DNA of 64,000 nucleotides from an uncultured Oscillospiraceae bacterium. GTDB lineage: Bacteria > Bacillota > Clostridia > Oscillospirales > Acutalibacteraceae. This document shows, piece by piece, positions 52,974-62,881 of this stretch. The position numbers and the translations under genes are program-made. The notes under the pieces were generated by a model. It ran no database searches and had not been told where the DNA came from. It saw only the letters and a program-made list of their open reading frames with translations. The first letter of the stretch is position 1. Each line of letters opens with the position of its first letter. The DNA is taken from contig UQZY01000002.1 of NCBI GenBank assembly GCA_900545655.1, positions 22,543 through 86,542 on the forward strand. Direction: 5' to 3'.

Positions 52974-53563
52974 TCCATTTTAAAAATGTATCATTCTCAT
53001 ATAAGGATAACAAAAAAAAGGAAAAAATGATGACGCAGGTTTTTGATAACCTGAGTCTTGAAATTCCTGACAACGGAATAACGGCGGTCGTTGCGCCGTC
53101 CGGAGTCGGAAAGACAACGCTTTTGAAGCTTATTGCCGGGCTTCTTTCACCGGATTCCGGAAAGATAAAAACTACGGCCGGTGAAGGGATGCGCGTTGCC
53201 GACGTTTTTCAGGAGCAGAGACTGCTTCCGTGGTATTCGGCATTTGAAAATGTAAAGGTCGTAACAAAACGTCCGGACGGCGAGATAAAGGACTTTCTTT
53301 CAAAACTGGGAATAACGGACGATTTGCAGAAAAAGCGGCCGTCCGAGCTGTCCGGAGGACAGCGGCAGCGCGTGTGTCTTTCAAGGGCATTGTTATTTGA
53401 TTCGGATATACTTCTTCTTGATGAGCCCTTCACCGGACTGGATGATAAAAACCGTGAAATCGTTCAGCAGGAAATAAAAGAATATGCGAGAAAAAAGCCG
53501 GTGGTACTGGTCTCTCATGTTGAAGAGGACCTTGAAATTGCCGACAAGAAAATAGAATTGTAA
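52970..53563 (+). CDS. ABC transporter ATP-binding protein (short, 197 aa)
   Basis: Walker A APSGVGKTTLL, signature LSGGQRQRVCLSRAL, Walker B LLLDEPFTGLD. Confidence 0.8.
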   Translation: MIHFKNVSFSYKDNKKKEKMMTQVFDNLSLEIPDNGITAVVAPSGVGKTTLLKLIAGLLSPDSGKIKTTAGEGMRVADVFQEQRLLPWYSAFENVKVVTKRPDGEIKDFLSKLGITDDLQKKRPSELSGGQRQRVCLSRALLFDSDILLLDEPFTGLDDKNREIVQQEIKEYARKKPVVLVSHVEEDLEIADKKIEL

Positions 53564-53573
53564 AAAAAGAACC

Positions 53574-53604
53574 CGGAATGTCATATGACATTCCGAGTTT
53601 TTTT
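53574..53604. terminator. bidirectional terminator (ABC ATPase / ackA convergent)
   Basis: cggaatgtcatatgacattccg perfect palindrome flanked by an A-run and a T-run. Confidence 0.7.
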
Positions 53605-53607
53605 GGA

Positions 53608-53752
53608 ATTAGGACTTTAGCGAGCGAGTCCTTCGACAGCACGAAAGTGCGGGGACCCCGAAAACCGAGATACGGTTTTGGGGGAGAGGAAGATTGGTGA
53701 AGGCAAGCGACCGAAAGTCCGATTAGGACTTTAGTGAGCGAGTCCTTCGACA
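53608..53752. repeat. 31-bp direct repeat (53608-53638 and 53722-53752, 30/31 identical) flanking an 83-bp hairpin-rich spacer; second copy is the ackA 3' end
   Basis: ATTAGGACTTTAG(C/T)GAGCGAGTCCTTCGACA occurs twice. The spacer contains a gcac-GAAA-gtgc tetraloop hairpin and ccccgaaaaccg...cggttttgggg. Confidence 0.7.
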
Positions 53753-54936
53753 ATCTGACGAGTGTCTCTTGCTATCATAAGCTCCTCATTTGTAGGAATT
53801 ACATATACTTCAACCTTTGAATCCGGTGTTGAAATCTTAACCTCTTTACCGCGGCTGTTGTTTGCTTCTTCATCAACCTTTATGCCGAGGAATGAAAGGT
53901 TTTCCAGTACTCTTTTACGTAATTCTGGGCTGTTTTCACCTACGCCTGCCGTAAAGCAGATATAGTCAACTCCGCCCATTGCGGCAACAAATCCTCCCAT
54001 GTATTTTGTGACCTGATAGTAGAGAATTTCAAGAGCGAGCTGTGCACGTTCATTTCCATTCTTTGCTGCAGCCTCAACGTCACGCATGTCAGAGGATACT
54101 CCTGATACACCGAGAAGTCCCGATTCTTTATTCATCATCTGGTCGGTTTCCGCGGGCGTCATATTTTCTTTTGCCTGTATGAAGGTTATTGCGGACGGGT
54201 CAACACCGCCGCAGCGGGATCCCATGATGAATCCGTCAAGAGGGGTGATACCCATTGTTGTGTCTATAACCTTGCCGTCAACAATAGCCGAAAGTGAAGA
54301 TCCGTTACCGATATGTGCAACGATAACCTTTTTACCTTCAAGGCTTTCACCGAGCATTTTTGCAAGATGGCGGCTTACGTACTTGTGAGAGGTACCGTGG
54401 AATCCGTAGCGACGTACTTTGTACTTTTCGTAGTACTCATATGGTACCGGGAAGATATATGCCTTCGGCGGCATGGTGCTGTGAAAGGCGTTATCAAAAA
54501 CAACAACCTCGGGCTTGTCCTTTCCGAATACCTCCTGACAAGCGTCTATACCCTGAAGGTGAGCTGCATTGTGAAGGGGAGCGAGGTCTATAAGAGATCT
54601 TATTCCCTCTTTAACCTCATCTGTAACAAGACAACTGTCGTTGAAAAGTGCACCGCCCTGCACTATGCGGTGTCCTATTGCATCAATTTCGTCAAGCGAG
54701 TCTATAACCTTTGTCTCACCCTCGGTAAGGGCTTTTTTTACTTCCATGAAAGCCTGTGTATGGTTGTTGAGCGTATTGTTATTTTCAACCTTTCTTCCGT
54801 CAGCTGTTTTGCCCTCAAAGTGTCCGTCTACCCCGATTCTTTCGCAGAGACCTTTTGCAAGCAATTTTTCACCGTCCATATCGATAAGCTGATACTTAAG
54901 TGATGAGCTTCCGCAGTTTACTACAAGAATTTTCAA
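53731..54936 (-). CDS. ackA: acetate kinase
   Basis: TTG start (KILVVNCGSSSLKYQL) with AAAGG upstream. The upstream in-frame ATG at 55038 would add 34 atypical residues. Motifs present, including HLGNG and EEANN. Confidence 0.9.
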   Translation of the reverse strand: MKILVVNCGSSSLKYQLIDMDGEKLLAKGLCERIGVDGHFEGKTADGRKVENNNTLNNHTQAFMEVKKALTEGETKVIDSLDEIDAIGHRIVQGGALFNDSCLVTDEVKEGIRSLIDLAPLHNAAHLQGIDACQEVFGKDKPEVVVFDNAFHSTMPPKAYIFPVPYEYYEKYKVRRYGFHGTSHKYVSRHLAKMLGESLEGKKVIVAHIGNGSSLSAIVDGKVIDTTMGITPLDGFIMGSRCGGVDPSAITFIQAKENMTPAETDQMMNKESGLLGVSGVSSDMRDVEAAAKNGNERAQLALEILYYQVTKYMGGFVAAMGGVDYICFTAGVGENSPELRKRVLENLSFLGIKVDEEANNSRGKEVKISTPDSKVEVYVIPTNEELMIARDTRQIVEGLAH

Positions 54937-55150
54937 TTTCTTCAGACCTTTCCCTAGTTGTTCAATAATTATAGTTAAAACTTTCTCAAGCGGGTGTATT
55001 GTAGCACAAATTAAACTCTGTAACCATAGTTTTTTCAAAATAGTTCATATTTTCTTAAAAACATACTTTATTTAGTACATATTATATATTAAAATAATAA
55101 CATATTGTGTATTGCTTTATGCATTTATTTTCTTTTAAGGGGGCTTTTCT

Positions 55151-56344
55151 TTGAAGGTTACCGGAATAGTCGCAGAGTACAATCCTTTTCATAACGGCCA
55201 TAAGTATATGATTGACTGTGTGCGCGGCTATGGCGCGACACACGTCGTTGCCGCTATGAGCGGCAACTTTGTTCAGCGCGGAAGCGTTGCGATAATGGAC
55301 AAAAGAGCCAGGGCAAGGGCGGCACTTATGAACGGAGTAGACCTTGTGGTAGAACTGCCGCTGCCGTGGGCAGTGTCCACGGCGGAGCTTTTTGCCCGCG
55401 GTGGAGTGTCCGTTTTGAACGCACTCGGCTGTGTGGATACACTTGCATTCGGTTGTGAGACCGCAGAGTCCGAAAAGCTTTTAAAGACAGCCGATGCGGT
55501 ATGCGACATAAGAGTACATGACCTCATAAAAAAAGAACTTGAGGGCGGAATAAACTACGCTGCCGCTCGTGAAAATGCGGTTTTAAAGTTTTACGGAGAT
55601 GAAATTTCAAGTGTTCTGACGAAGCCGAATAACATACTTGCGGTAGAGTATATAAAGGCAATGAAGAGGCTTGGCTCGGATATGGATATTTACCCTGTTT
55701 TCCGAAAGGGTGCAGGACATGATGAGCTCAAAGAAAACGGAGAGTTTGCAAGCGCCTCGGCATTGCGTATACTTATGGAACGCGGTGATACGGCTTACAG
55801 GAGCTTTATGCCGTTGACAACGGCCGAGGAATTTTTGAATATGAAGTCTGTCGGACGTGCTCCCGTATGTCAGGATGAGAGTGAAAGAGCGATTCTTTCA
55901 AGGCTGCGTATGCTCTCGATTGACGACATAAAAGCCGCTCCGGATATTTCCGAGGGACTTGAAAACAGGATTTATGACGCTATAAAAACTGCTACATCGC
56001 TCGAGGAGCTCTACAGTATAATCAAAACGAAGCGCTATACTCATTCGAGGATAAGGAGAATTATTACATCTCTTTATCTGGGTCTTAAAGCGGAGGATAC
56101 GAAAGGGGAAATTCCGTATATCCGCGTTATAGGTTTCAACGAGCGTGGAAGAGAGATCTTAAGGGAGGCAAAAGAGGTCGCAAAGCTCCCTGTTATAATG
56201 AAAACGTCACAGATTGCAGCTCTGTCAAGTGACGCAAAGCATGTATTTGAGTTAGAGTGTAAAGCAACCGACCTTTACAACCTTGCGACTCCACGTGTTT
56301 TACCCTGCGGAACCGAGTGCTCCGATGAGATTGTTATGCTCTGA
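55151..56344 (+). CDS. tmcAL: tRNA(Met) cytidine acetate ligase TmcAL (YlbM/UPF0348 nucleotidyltransferase)
   Basis: TTG start with GGGGG 9 nt upstream. GIVAEYNPFHNGHKYMI HxGH motif. Confidence 0.8.
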   Translation: MKVTGIVAEYNPFHNGHKYMIDCVRGYGATHVVAAMSGNFVQRGSVAIMDKRARARAALMNGVDLVVELPLPWAVSTAELFARGGVSVLNALGCVDTLAFGCETAESEKLLKTADAVCDIRVHDLIKKELEGGINYAAARENAVLKFYGDEISSVLTKPNNILAVEYIKAMKRLGSDMDIYPVFRKGAGHDELKENGEFASASALRILMERGDTAYRSFMPLTTAEEFLNMKSVGRAPVCQDESERAILSRLRMLSIDDIKAAPDISEGLENRIYDAIKTATSLEELYSIIKTKRYTHSRIRRIITSLYLGLKAEDTKGEIPYIRVIGFNERGREILREAKEVAKLPVIMKTSQIAALSSDAKHVFELECKATDLYNLATPRVLPCGTECSDEIVML

Positions 56345-56393
56345 AACCGCGTAGTTAAAGTAAAAACTGTGCCATGAGCAAAAGGAGAAGCAA

Positions 56394-57392
56394 ATGAGAA
56401 GAAGAGGATTTGATCTTGGAATCTGGCTGGTTGTATGTGCTCTGGCTATTTTCCTGGTTTTCGGTCCCGTACCTTTAAAAAATCATTTTTTACACAGACA
56501 AAATGAAAAGGTAACCGAAGCCGTTACGGAGGATATGAATCCGAGCAGTCCTTTGGACGAGCCCGTTACCGAAAAAGAGACGACTACGGGCGACAGTAAA
56601 AAGGAAAAGCCGGTTTCCACAACTTTATCCGACAAGCCCTACCTCATAAAAGTAAACAGAAGGCAAAATGTTGTCACCGTATACTCAAGGGATGAGAACG
56701 GCGCTTATACGGTTCCGGTAAGAGTTTTTGTATGCTCCGCCGGCCGAGGGGCAAACACCCCTCTCGGTACTTACAGGACCAGTGCGAAATACACATGGAA
56801 AATCCTTGTGGGAGATGTGTGGGGACAGTACAGCACGAGAATTGTCGGAGGAGTTCTTTTTCATTCTGTCCCATATGTAGAAAAGACTAAAAATTCTCTT
56901 GAATACTGGGAGTATAACAGACTCGGTACTAACAGATCCCTCGGCTGTATACGCCTTACGGTTATAGATGCAAAATGGATATTTGACAACTGTCCGCTGG
57001 GTACAACCGTTGTTATTTACGAAAGCTCCGATCCGGGACCTCTCGGAAAACCGAGTGCGCCGAGGATAGATACAACGCTGTCAATTCGCGGTTGGGATCC
57101 GACGGATCCGGACCCGGGAAATCCGTGGAGGAATTATACCCCTCCGACCGAGCCAGTTGCAACGAGGCCTTCTGTTACAACGACAAAGCCTGTAACCGAC
57201 ACGACAGAGCCGACAACCTCTGACATAACAGAATCGACCGCAGAAACAACAGATTCTACAACGGAAACAACGACGGACACAACTGAGGAATCAACGACGG
57301 AAACGACAAAACCGACGACCACAACGAAGCCGACAACGACTACAACAAAGCCGGCGACGTCGGGTGACGGTACACCTCAGTCAAAAGGATAA
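56394..57392 (+). CDS. L,D-transpeptidase (YkuD domain) with TM anchor and Thr/Pro-rich C-terminal tail
   Basis: Catalytic block GVLFHSVPYVEKTKNS...NRLGTNRSLGCIRL (His...Cys). C-terminus TTEPTTSDITESTAETTDSTTETTTDTTEESTTETTKPTTTTKPTTTTTKP. Confidence 0.75.
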   Translation: MRRRGFDLGIWLVVCALAIFLVFGPVPLKNHFLHRQNEKVTEAVTEDMNPSSPLDEPVTEKETTTGDSKKEKPVSTTLSDKPYLIKVNRRQNVVTVYSRDENGAYTVPVRVFVCSAGRGANTPLGTYRTSAKYTWKILVGDVWGQYSTRIVGGVLFHSVPYVEKTKNSLEYWEYNRLGTNRSLGCIRLTVIDAKWIFDNCPLGTTVVIYESSDPGPLGKPSAPRIDTTLSIRGWDPTDPDPGNPWRNYTPPTEPVATRPSVTTTKPVTDTTEPTTSDITESTAETTDSTTETTTDTTEESTTETTKPTTTTKPTTTTTKPATSGDGTPQSKG

Positions 57393-57436
57393 ATTGTAAA
57401 AAACAGATAAAAAAACAGTCGTCAAATTGAATAATG

Positions 57437-57498
57437 AACCGACCCCCAAAAGTCAGAGCAAAATCTGACTGTCGGAGGTCGGTTTTTCTTTGTACTTA
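57437..57498. terminator. bidirectional nested-hairpin terminator
   Basis: aaccgacc...gtcaga-gcaaaa-tctgac...ggtcggtt followed by TTTTTC. Lies between convergent genes. Confidence 0.6.
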
Positions 57499-57528
57499 AA
57501 GGTCATTTTGGGAGCGACGACAAGTGTG

Positions 57529-58875
57529 TCAGTCGGCTTCTCCCGTACAGCAGTCAAGAGACATGTTGTATCCCGTTATCCTGACCGGAATGATTTTGTT
57601 GCTGAGAGCGCTTACTATTGACGTTGTCCCGGCTGAGGTGAGTCTGAAGGAAACAGGGGTGTAGTTTTTTGTGTATCCGTGAAATATCCCCTCTTTTGCA
57701 TTGTACTTTTCAACAAGCACTTCCGGTCTTTTCCCGATTTGATTTCGGAAAAACTCCGACCGTAGATCCTCTGCGGTTTTGAGGGCAATTCCTGTTCGTT
57801 CGGACTTTATCTGTGAATCAACCTGAGGCATTTCGGCAGCTTTTGTCCCTGTTCTGGCAGAGTAGGGGAAGACATGAATTTTTTCAAACTGAATCCTTTT
57901 TGCAAGGCTTATTGATTCCTCAAAGTCCTCGTTCGTCTCACCCGGAAAGCCTATCATGAGGTCCGTCGTTATGGTTGCATCCTTAAACTTTGTGCGGAGC
58001 TTTTTGCAGAGAGCTTCATATTCTGCCGCACTGTAGTGTCTGTTCATCCTTTTCAGCGTTCTGTCACAGCCGCTCTGGAGTGAAATATGGAACTGAGGAC
58101 AGAAGTTTTCAAGAGACGCCAGCCTGTCAATTGCTTCGTCGGAGATGTTATCAAATTCAAGCGAGCCTATCCTTACACGGTCAAAGCCCTTGCTGCATGC
58201 AAGCTCGATTGCGTCAACGAAGGTCTTGCCGATATCAAGGCCGTAGCAACAGAAATTTATCCCGACAAGCACTACCTCACGAAAGCCTGCAAGCTTAATC
58301 TTGTCAAGTTCGGATGAGAGACTTTCAAGCGAGCGTGAGCGCGAATGTCCCTTGGAGGTCGGAATGATACAGTATGTGCAGTACCTGTCGCATCCGTCCT
58401 GTATCTTTATAACGGCACGGGTTCTTCCTTCAAAGCCTGCGATAGGCATATTTTCAAATGAATCGCCTTTTTCGTGAACGGGTATGCTCACCATTCGCAG
58501 AGCTTCCTTTCCCTGCGGCGATGTATCCCTTTTCTTTATATACTCCTCGACCATGGCGATAACAAGAGAATGATCCTTGTTTCCGGTGATGATGTCGGCC
58601 TCCGTGAGCTCATTTGCCTTGTCTGGATATGCCTGCGGCATACAGCCTGTGAGCACGAGGACGGCATCCCTGTTGGTTCGTCTGAATTTTCTGACTGCCT
58701 GTCTTGTCTTTTTGTCACTTTCGGCTGTAACGGTGCAGGAGTTTATAACGATAACGTCTGCTGCTTCGGGCGAGGCGGCCTCGATAAAAAATCCGTTTCG
58801 CTGAAACAATTCTTTCATGGCTTCTGTCTCGTACGCATTTACCTTGCATCCGAGTGTGTAAAAAAATACTGTCAT
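57529..58875 (-). CDS. radical-SAM tRNA methylthiotransferase (MiaB/MtaB family, likely MtaB/YqeV)
   Basis: UPF0004 N-terminal Cys (TLGCKVN...NSCTV...TGCM), radical SAM CDRYCTYC, and a C-terminal TRAM-like segment. Confidence 0.85.
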   Translation of the reverse strand: MTVFFYTLGCKVNAYETEAMKELFQRNGFFIEAASPEAADVIVINSCTVTAESDKKTRQAVRKFRRTNRDAVLVLTGCMPQAYPDKANELTEADIITGNKDHSLVIAMVEEYIKKRDTSPQGKEALRMVSIPVHEKGDSFENMPIAGFEGRTRAVIKIQDGCDRYCTYCIIPTSKGHSRSRSLESLSSELDKIKLAGFREVVLVGINFCCYGLDIGKTFVDAIELACSKGFDRVRIGSLEFDNISDEAIDRLASLENFCPQFHISLQSGCDRTLKRMNRHYSAAEYEALCKKLRTKFKDATITTDLMIGFPGETNEDFEESISLAKRIQFEKIHVFPYSARTGTKAAEMPQVDSQIKSERTGIALKTAEDLRSEFFRNQIGKRPEVLVEKYNAKEGIFHGYTKNYTPVSFRLTSAGTTSIVSALSNKIIPVRITGYNMSLDCCTGEAD

Positions 58876-58986
58876 CTTCTTTTATTCTCTTTCTTTGTAT
58901 TTCCCTTTGTTTTATGAACAATATTATAACCCATTTGTCATAACTTGCATAGGCTTTTTCATAGAATTGACGTGAGGTGGTATAAC

Positions 58987-60144
58987 GTGAAAAAGCTTTT
59001 CATAAGAATTCTTTCAATTATCATTACGGTATCACTTGTGCTTGTGAGTACTGCTTTGCCGGTATTTGCAAAGGGTATGCCGGTGGAGATAAAATCGGAA
59101 GCGGCGATACTGATAGACGTAAATACCGGCAGGGTTTTGGCGGCGCAGCAGGAGCACAAAAGAGTGTATCCGGCGTCAGTAACGAAGATAATGAGCCTGC
59201 TGCTTGTTGCGGAGGCGATTGACGCAGGCAGGATTCAGTTTGATACAGAGGTCACCGCAAGTCATGATGCCTGCGCCAAGGGCGGCTCGCAGATATGGCT
59301 CAAGGAAGGTGAGGTTATGACCGTGGATGAGCTTCTGCGAGCCTCCTTTATCGCCTCCGCAAACGATGCCTGCGCCGCACTTGCCGAGCTCGTTGCCGGC
59401 TCGGAAACGGCGTTCGTTCAGATGATGAACGATCGCGCCGCTGAACTTTCCATGAAGGATACATATTTTGAAAACTGCACAGGTCTTGATGATGATACAG
59501 AGAAGCATCTGACCTCTGCATATGATATTGCAATCATGTCACGCGAGCTCCTAAAGCATAAATGGGTAACGAGATACAGTACTGTGTGGATGGATACCCT
59601 CAGAGACGGAGCAACCGAGCTTACAAACACAAACAAGCTTGTCCGGTTTTACGAGGGTACAACCGGACTCAAGACCGGAACGACATCAAAGGCGGGGTCG
59701 TGTCTTTCGGCGTCAGCGGAGCGAAACGGCACGCACCTTTTAGCCGTTGTTATGGGCGCACCGACGAGTGACGTGCGTTTCGCGGACGCAAAAGCTCTTC
59801 TGAATTGGGGTTTTGCAAATTACACCGCCGTACGCCTTGCCGTTGACCCCTCACTTGTCGTTCCGGTAAACGTCCGGCACTCAACCGTTAAATCCGTAAT
59901 GCCTGAAATCTGCGGTGAGAAGAAGGCCTTGGTTGAACAAAAATATAAGGACGGGATAGAGCAGAAGATTACACTCCCGGTAGACGTTGAAGCACCCGTT
60001 TCAAAGAAACAGGTGCTGGGCAAGGTTGAATTTTTTGCAAACAATGAACTTATAGGTACGGTAAACCTTGTTTCTCCGATTGAAATTGTCGAAATTTCAT
60101 TTTTTGATGCGGTTATATCTTTCCTCGGAAGTTTGTCAAAATAG
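58987..60144 (+). CDS. D-alanyl-D-alanine carboxypeptidase (PBP5/DacA-like)
   Basis: SVTK (SxxK), SAND (SxN) and KTGTT (KTG) motifs. Signal/TM at the N-terminus. GTG 58987 with GAGGTGG upstream. Confidence 0.85.
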   Translation: MKKLFIRILSIIITVSLVLVSTALPVFAKGMPVEIKSEAAILIDVNTGRVLAAQQEHKRVYPASVTKIMSLLLVAEAIDAGRIQFDTEVTASHDACAKGGSQIWLKEGEVMTVDELLRASFIASANDACAALAELVAGSETAFVQMMNDRAAELSMKDTYFENCTGLDDDTEKHLTSAYDIAIMSRELLKHKWVTRYSTVWMDTLRDGATELTNTNKLVRFYEGTTGLKTGTTSKAGSCLSASAERNGTHLLAVVMGAPTSDVRFADAKALLNWGFANYTAVRLAVDPSLVVPVNVRHSTVKSVMPEICGEKKALVEQKYKDGIEQKITLPVDVEAPVSKKQVLGKVEFFANNELIGTVNLVSPIEIVEISFFDAVISFLGSLSK

Positions 60145-60251
60145 TAACCATTTTGTTTGACTAGATATATGTTCTTATGTTATTATGTTAAATACATTTT
60201 CGCGGATTGAGAGAAATTTTGAGGGAAAAAGGACGTCTGGGAGGTAAGTTT

Positions 60252-61397
60252 ATGTTTGATCATAAAAATCAATATCCGGTGATTCTGGTACCGGGTGTTG
60301 CCAGTTACGGAGAAGGAGCAAGTGCTGCAAGAGTTGCAAAAAGCATGGGTCTTGAGTGCCGCCTTGTATCCTTCGGACTTGTTTCGGGTATCTGGGACAG
60401 AGCCTGTGAACTTTACGCGCAGATTTTCGGCGGAAGAGTTGACTATGGTGAAGCTCATTCAAAGAAGTACGGTCATTCCCGTTTCGGAAAATTTTACTCC
60501 GCTATGACAGCCAAGGACCCTGAAAAGATAAACATCATTGCTTACGGTTTCGGAGCCCCTGTAGCAAGACTTTTTATTGACCTTCTCTGCAACGGCTCGG
60601 AAGAGGAAAAGGCCGCAACTGTTCCCGAAGAGCTTTCGGGTCTTTTCAAGGGCGGAAACAAGGGCTTTGTACATTGCCTTGTTACAGTTGCCGGTATAAA
60701 CTCCGGTATCACACTTCCGCTTGCGCTTGAAACAAAAATTCCGAATTTTAAAAAGCACTGCGTGAAGACTGCGGTTTATTTTGAAAACGCTTTGTCCAAC
60801 ACGGGATATATCGACCCCTACTACAAAAACAATGAGCTTAAGATAACACAGCACGGTTTTTCCTTTAAAACAGTCACGGCGGAGAACGGCGGAAAAACAA
60901 AAGAGGTTATTGACGAGGCGGGTGTTGATAATTATCTCTCAAGGACGGAGGACAACATCTTCTATGAACTCGGTATTGACGGAATGGAGAGGTTCAACAG
61001 GTACATGACTTCTTCCGAAGAAACATATTACATCGCTGTTGCCGGAAGCGTCACAAAGGACTTTTTCGGAAAGGTAACGCTTCCTACTCTCAAGGCGGGA
61101 GCTTGTGCTCCGGCCTCACTTCTCATCTCAACCTTTGAGAATTATCTTCCGGAGTATCCGATTGTGACGGGAGAGTATCATGAAAACGACGGACTTGTAA
61201 ATACGGTTTCGTCATTGCCGCCGGTATCCGAGACTGCCGCAAGCTTTAAATCCGCCGATCAATGTGTTCCGGGTGTATGGTATATGATGCCTGTTTCAGA
61301 GAAAAACCATCTTTTCTTTACAGGTCATTTTGTAAGACCCGACAAGTATCGCAATAAGGTATATGATCTCATAAAATTAATTTGCAATCTTGAATAA
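60252..61397 (+). CDS. family I.5 (Geobacillus/Staphylococcus-type) lipase homolog lacking the nucleophile serine (AYGFG instead of AHSQG)
   Basis: Strong similarity to thermophilic Bacillus lipases (WDRACELYAQIFGGRVDYGEAHSKKYGHSRFG; ENDGLVNTVS Asp; KNHLFFTGH His). The nucleophile elbow reads IIAYGFGAPVARLF. GGAGG RBS before ATG 60252. Confidence 0.6.
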   Translation: MFDHKNQYPVILVPGVASYGEGASAARVAKSMGLECRLVSFGLVSGIWDRACELYAQIFGGRVDYGEAHSKKYGHSRFGKFYSAMTAKDPEKINIIAYGFGAPVARLFIDLLCNGSEEEKAATVPEELSGLFKGGNKGFVHCLVTVAGINSGITLPLALETKIPNFKKHCVKTAVYFENALSNTGYIDPYYKNNELKITQHGFSFKTVTAENGGKTKEVIDEAGVDNYLSRTEDNIFYELGIDGMERFNRYMTSSEETYYIAVAGSVTKDFFGKVTLPTLKAGACAPASLLISTFENYLPEYPIVTGEYHENDGLVNTVSSLPPVSETAASFKSADQCVPGVWYMMPVSEKNHLFFTGHFVRPDKYRNKVYDLIKLICNLE

Positions 61398-61452
61398 AAG
61401 ACATATGTTCACTCGTATTTCAGGCCGCACGGCAGAAAGGTAAGGTTTTAAT

Positions 61453-62826
61453 TTGCAGTTAACAGATAACTACTCGGCTATAACCGACCAGATAACCGAG
61501 TTATCAGAGAGGACTCTTAAAAACAGTACGATAGACAAGAGTCTTTACACAAAGTACAATGTAAAACGCGGACTTCGTGACCTCGACGGTAAGGGCGTAC
61601 TTACGGGACTTACCGAGATATCCGAGGTACAGGGACGTATTAAGGATGAAAACGGAAATGAAATTGAAACCGACGGTATTTTGCGTTACCGCGGCTACAA
61701 TGTCGAAGATATAATTAACGGCTTCCCGAAGGACAGCAATTATGCGTTTGAAGAGGTTATATACCTTCTTCTCTTCGGCGAGCTTCCCTCTGCAAAGGCA
61801 TTTGAGGATTTCAAGGTTCTCCTTGCCAATTACAGAAAGCTACCCACTCACTTTGTACGTGATATCATCATGAAGGCACCCAGCAAGGACATGATGAATA
61901 CGCTTGCAAGAAGTGTGCTCACGCTTTATTCCTATGACCAGAATGGGGACGACACATCTATTGAAAATGTACTTCGTCAGTGTCTTGAACTTATTTCTCT
62001 GTTTCCGCAGCTTTCGGTTTACGGATACCAGACCTATAAGTATTACCATGACGGAGATTCATTCTTCATTCATGCTCCGAGAGATGATTTTTCAATATCT
62101 GAAAACATACTTCATATGCTCAGGGCGGACAGTCAGTTTACAACGCTTGAAGCGAAGGTTCTCGACATGGCACTGGTGCTCCATGCAGAGCACGGCGGCG
62201 GTAACAACTCGACCTTTACAACTCACGTTGTTACTTCCTCAGGAACTGACACATATTCCGCCATGGCAGCGGCTCTCGGCTCTCTTAAGGGTCCGAAGCA
62301 CGGTGGTGCAAACATAAAGGTTGTCAGGATGTTCCAGGATATTGAGGAAAACGTCCGTGACTGGAATGATGATGAAGAGATAGCATCTTATCTTTTCAAA
62401 ATACTCAATAAGGAAGCATTTGACAAAGCAGGTCTTATCTATGGTATAGGACATGCTATCTACACAAAGTCAGACCCGAGAGCACGTATGTTCAAGGGAT
62501 TTGTTGAGCGCCTTTCGGCAGAAAAAGGACGCACGGATGAGTTTGCTCTTTATGAAAAGGTAGAAAAATTAGCACCGGGTGTTATTTCCGGAAACAGAAA
62601 GATGTATAAGAATATCTGTGCCAATGTCGACTTTTACAGCGGATTTGCATATTCAATGCTTGACCTTCCTACCGAGCTCTACACGCCTTTGTTTGCCTGT
62701 GCGAGAATTTCAGGCTGGAGTGCGCATCGTCTTGAGGAAATCATCAACGCAGGTAAGATCATACGTCCTGCATACATGAACGTCGGAGCAAACAAGGAGT
62801 ATATCGCTCTGTCCGACAGAAAATAA
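61453..62826 (+). CDS. citrate synthase
   Basis: TTG start. Catalytic motifs HAEHGGGNNSTF, GIGHAIY and the DFYSG region. Confidence 0.9.
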   Translation: MQLTDNYSAITDQITELSERTLKNSTIDKSLYTKYNVKRGLRDLDGKGVLTGLTEISEVQGRIKDENGNEIETDGILRYRGYNVEDIINGFPKDSNYAFEEVIYLLLFGELPSAKAFEDFKVLLANYRKLPTHFVRDIIMKAPSKDMMNTLARSVLTLYSYDQNGDDTSIENVLRQCLELISLFPQLSVYGYQTYKYYHDGDSFFIHAPRDDFSISENILHMLRADSQFTTLEAKVLDMALVLHAEHGGGNNSTFTTHVVTSSGTDTYSAMAAALGSLKGPKHGGANIKVVRMFQDIEENVRDWNDDEEIASYLFKILNKEAFDKAGLIYGIGHAIYTKSDPRARMFKGFVERLSAEKGRTDEFALYEKVEKLAPGVISGNRKMYKNICANVDFYSGFAYSMLDLPTELYTPLFACARISGWSAHRLEEIINAGKIIRPAYMNVGANKEYIALSDRK

Positions 62827-62838
62827 AATACAAAAAAG

Positions 62839-62874
62839 TAAGTCCGGATGGTTTTCCATCCGGACTTATTTTTA
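62839..62874. terminator. bidirectional terminator
   Basis: aagtccggatgg-tttt-ccatccggactt followed by ATTTTTAT. Confidence 0.7.
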
Positions 62875-62881
62875 TCTGGTT

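Noticed and set aside
53608-53752. Possible CRISPR array
   Set aside because: Only two repeat copies, and one is the coding 3' end of ackA. The 83-bp spacer is larger than typical, and no cas genes are nearby.
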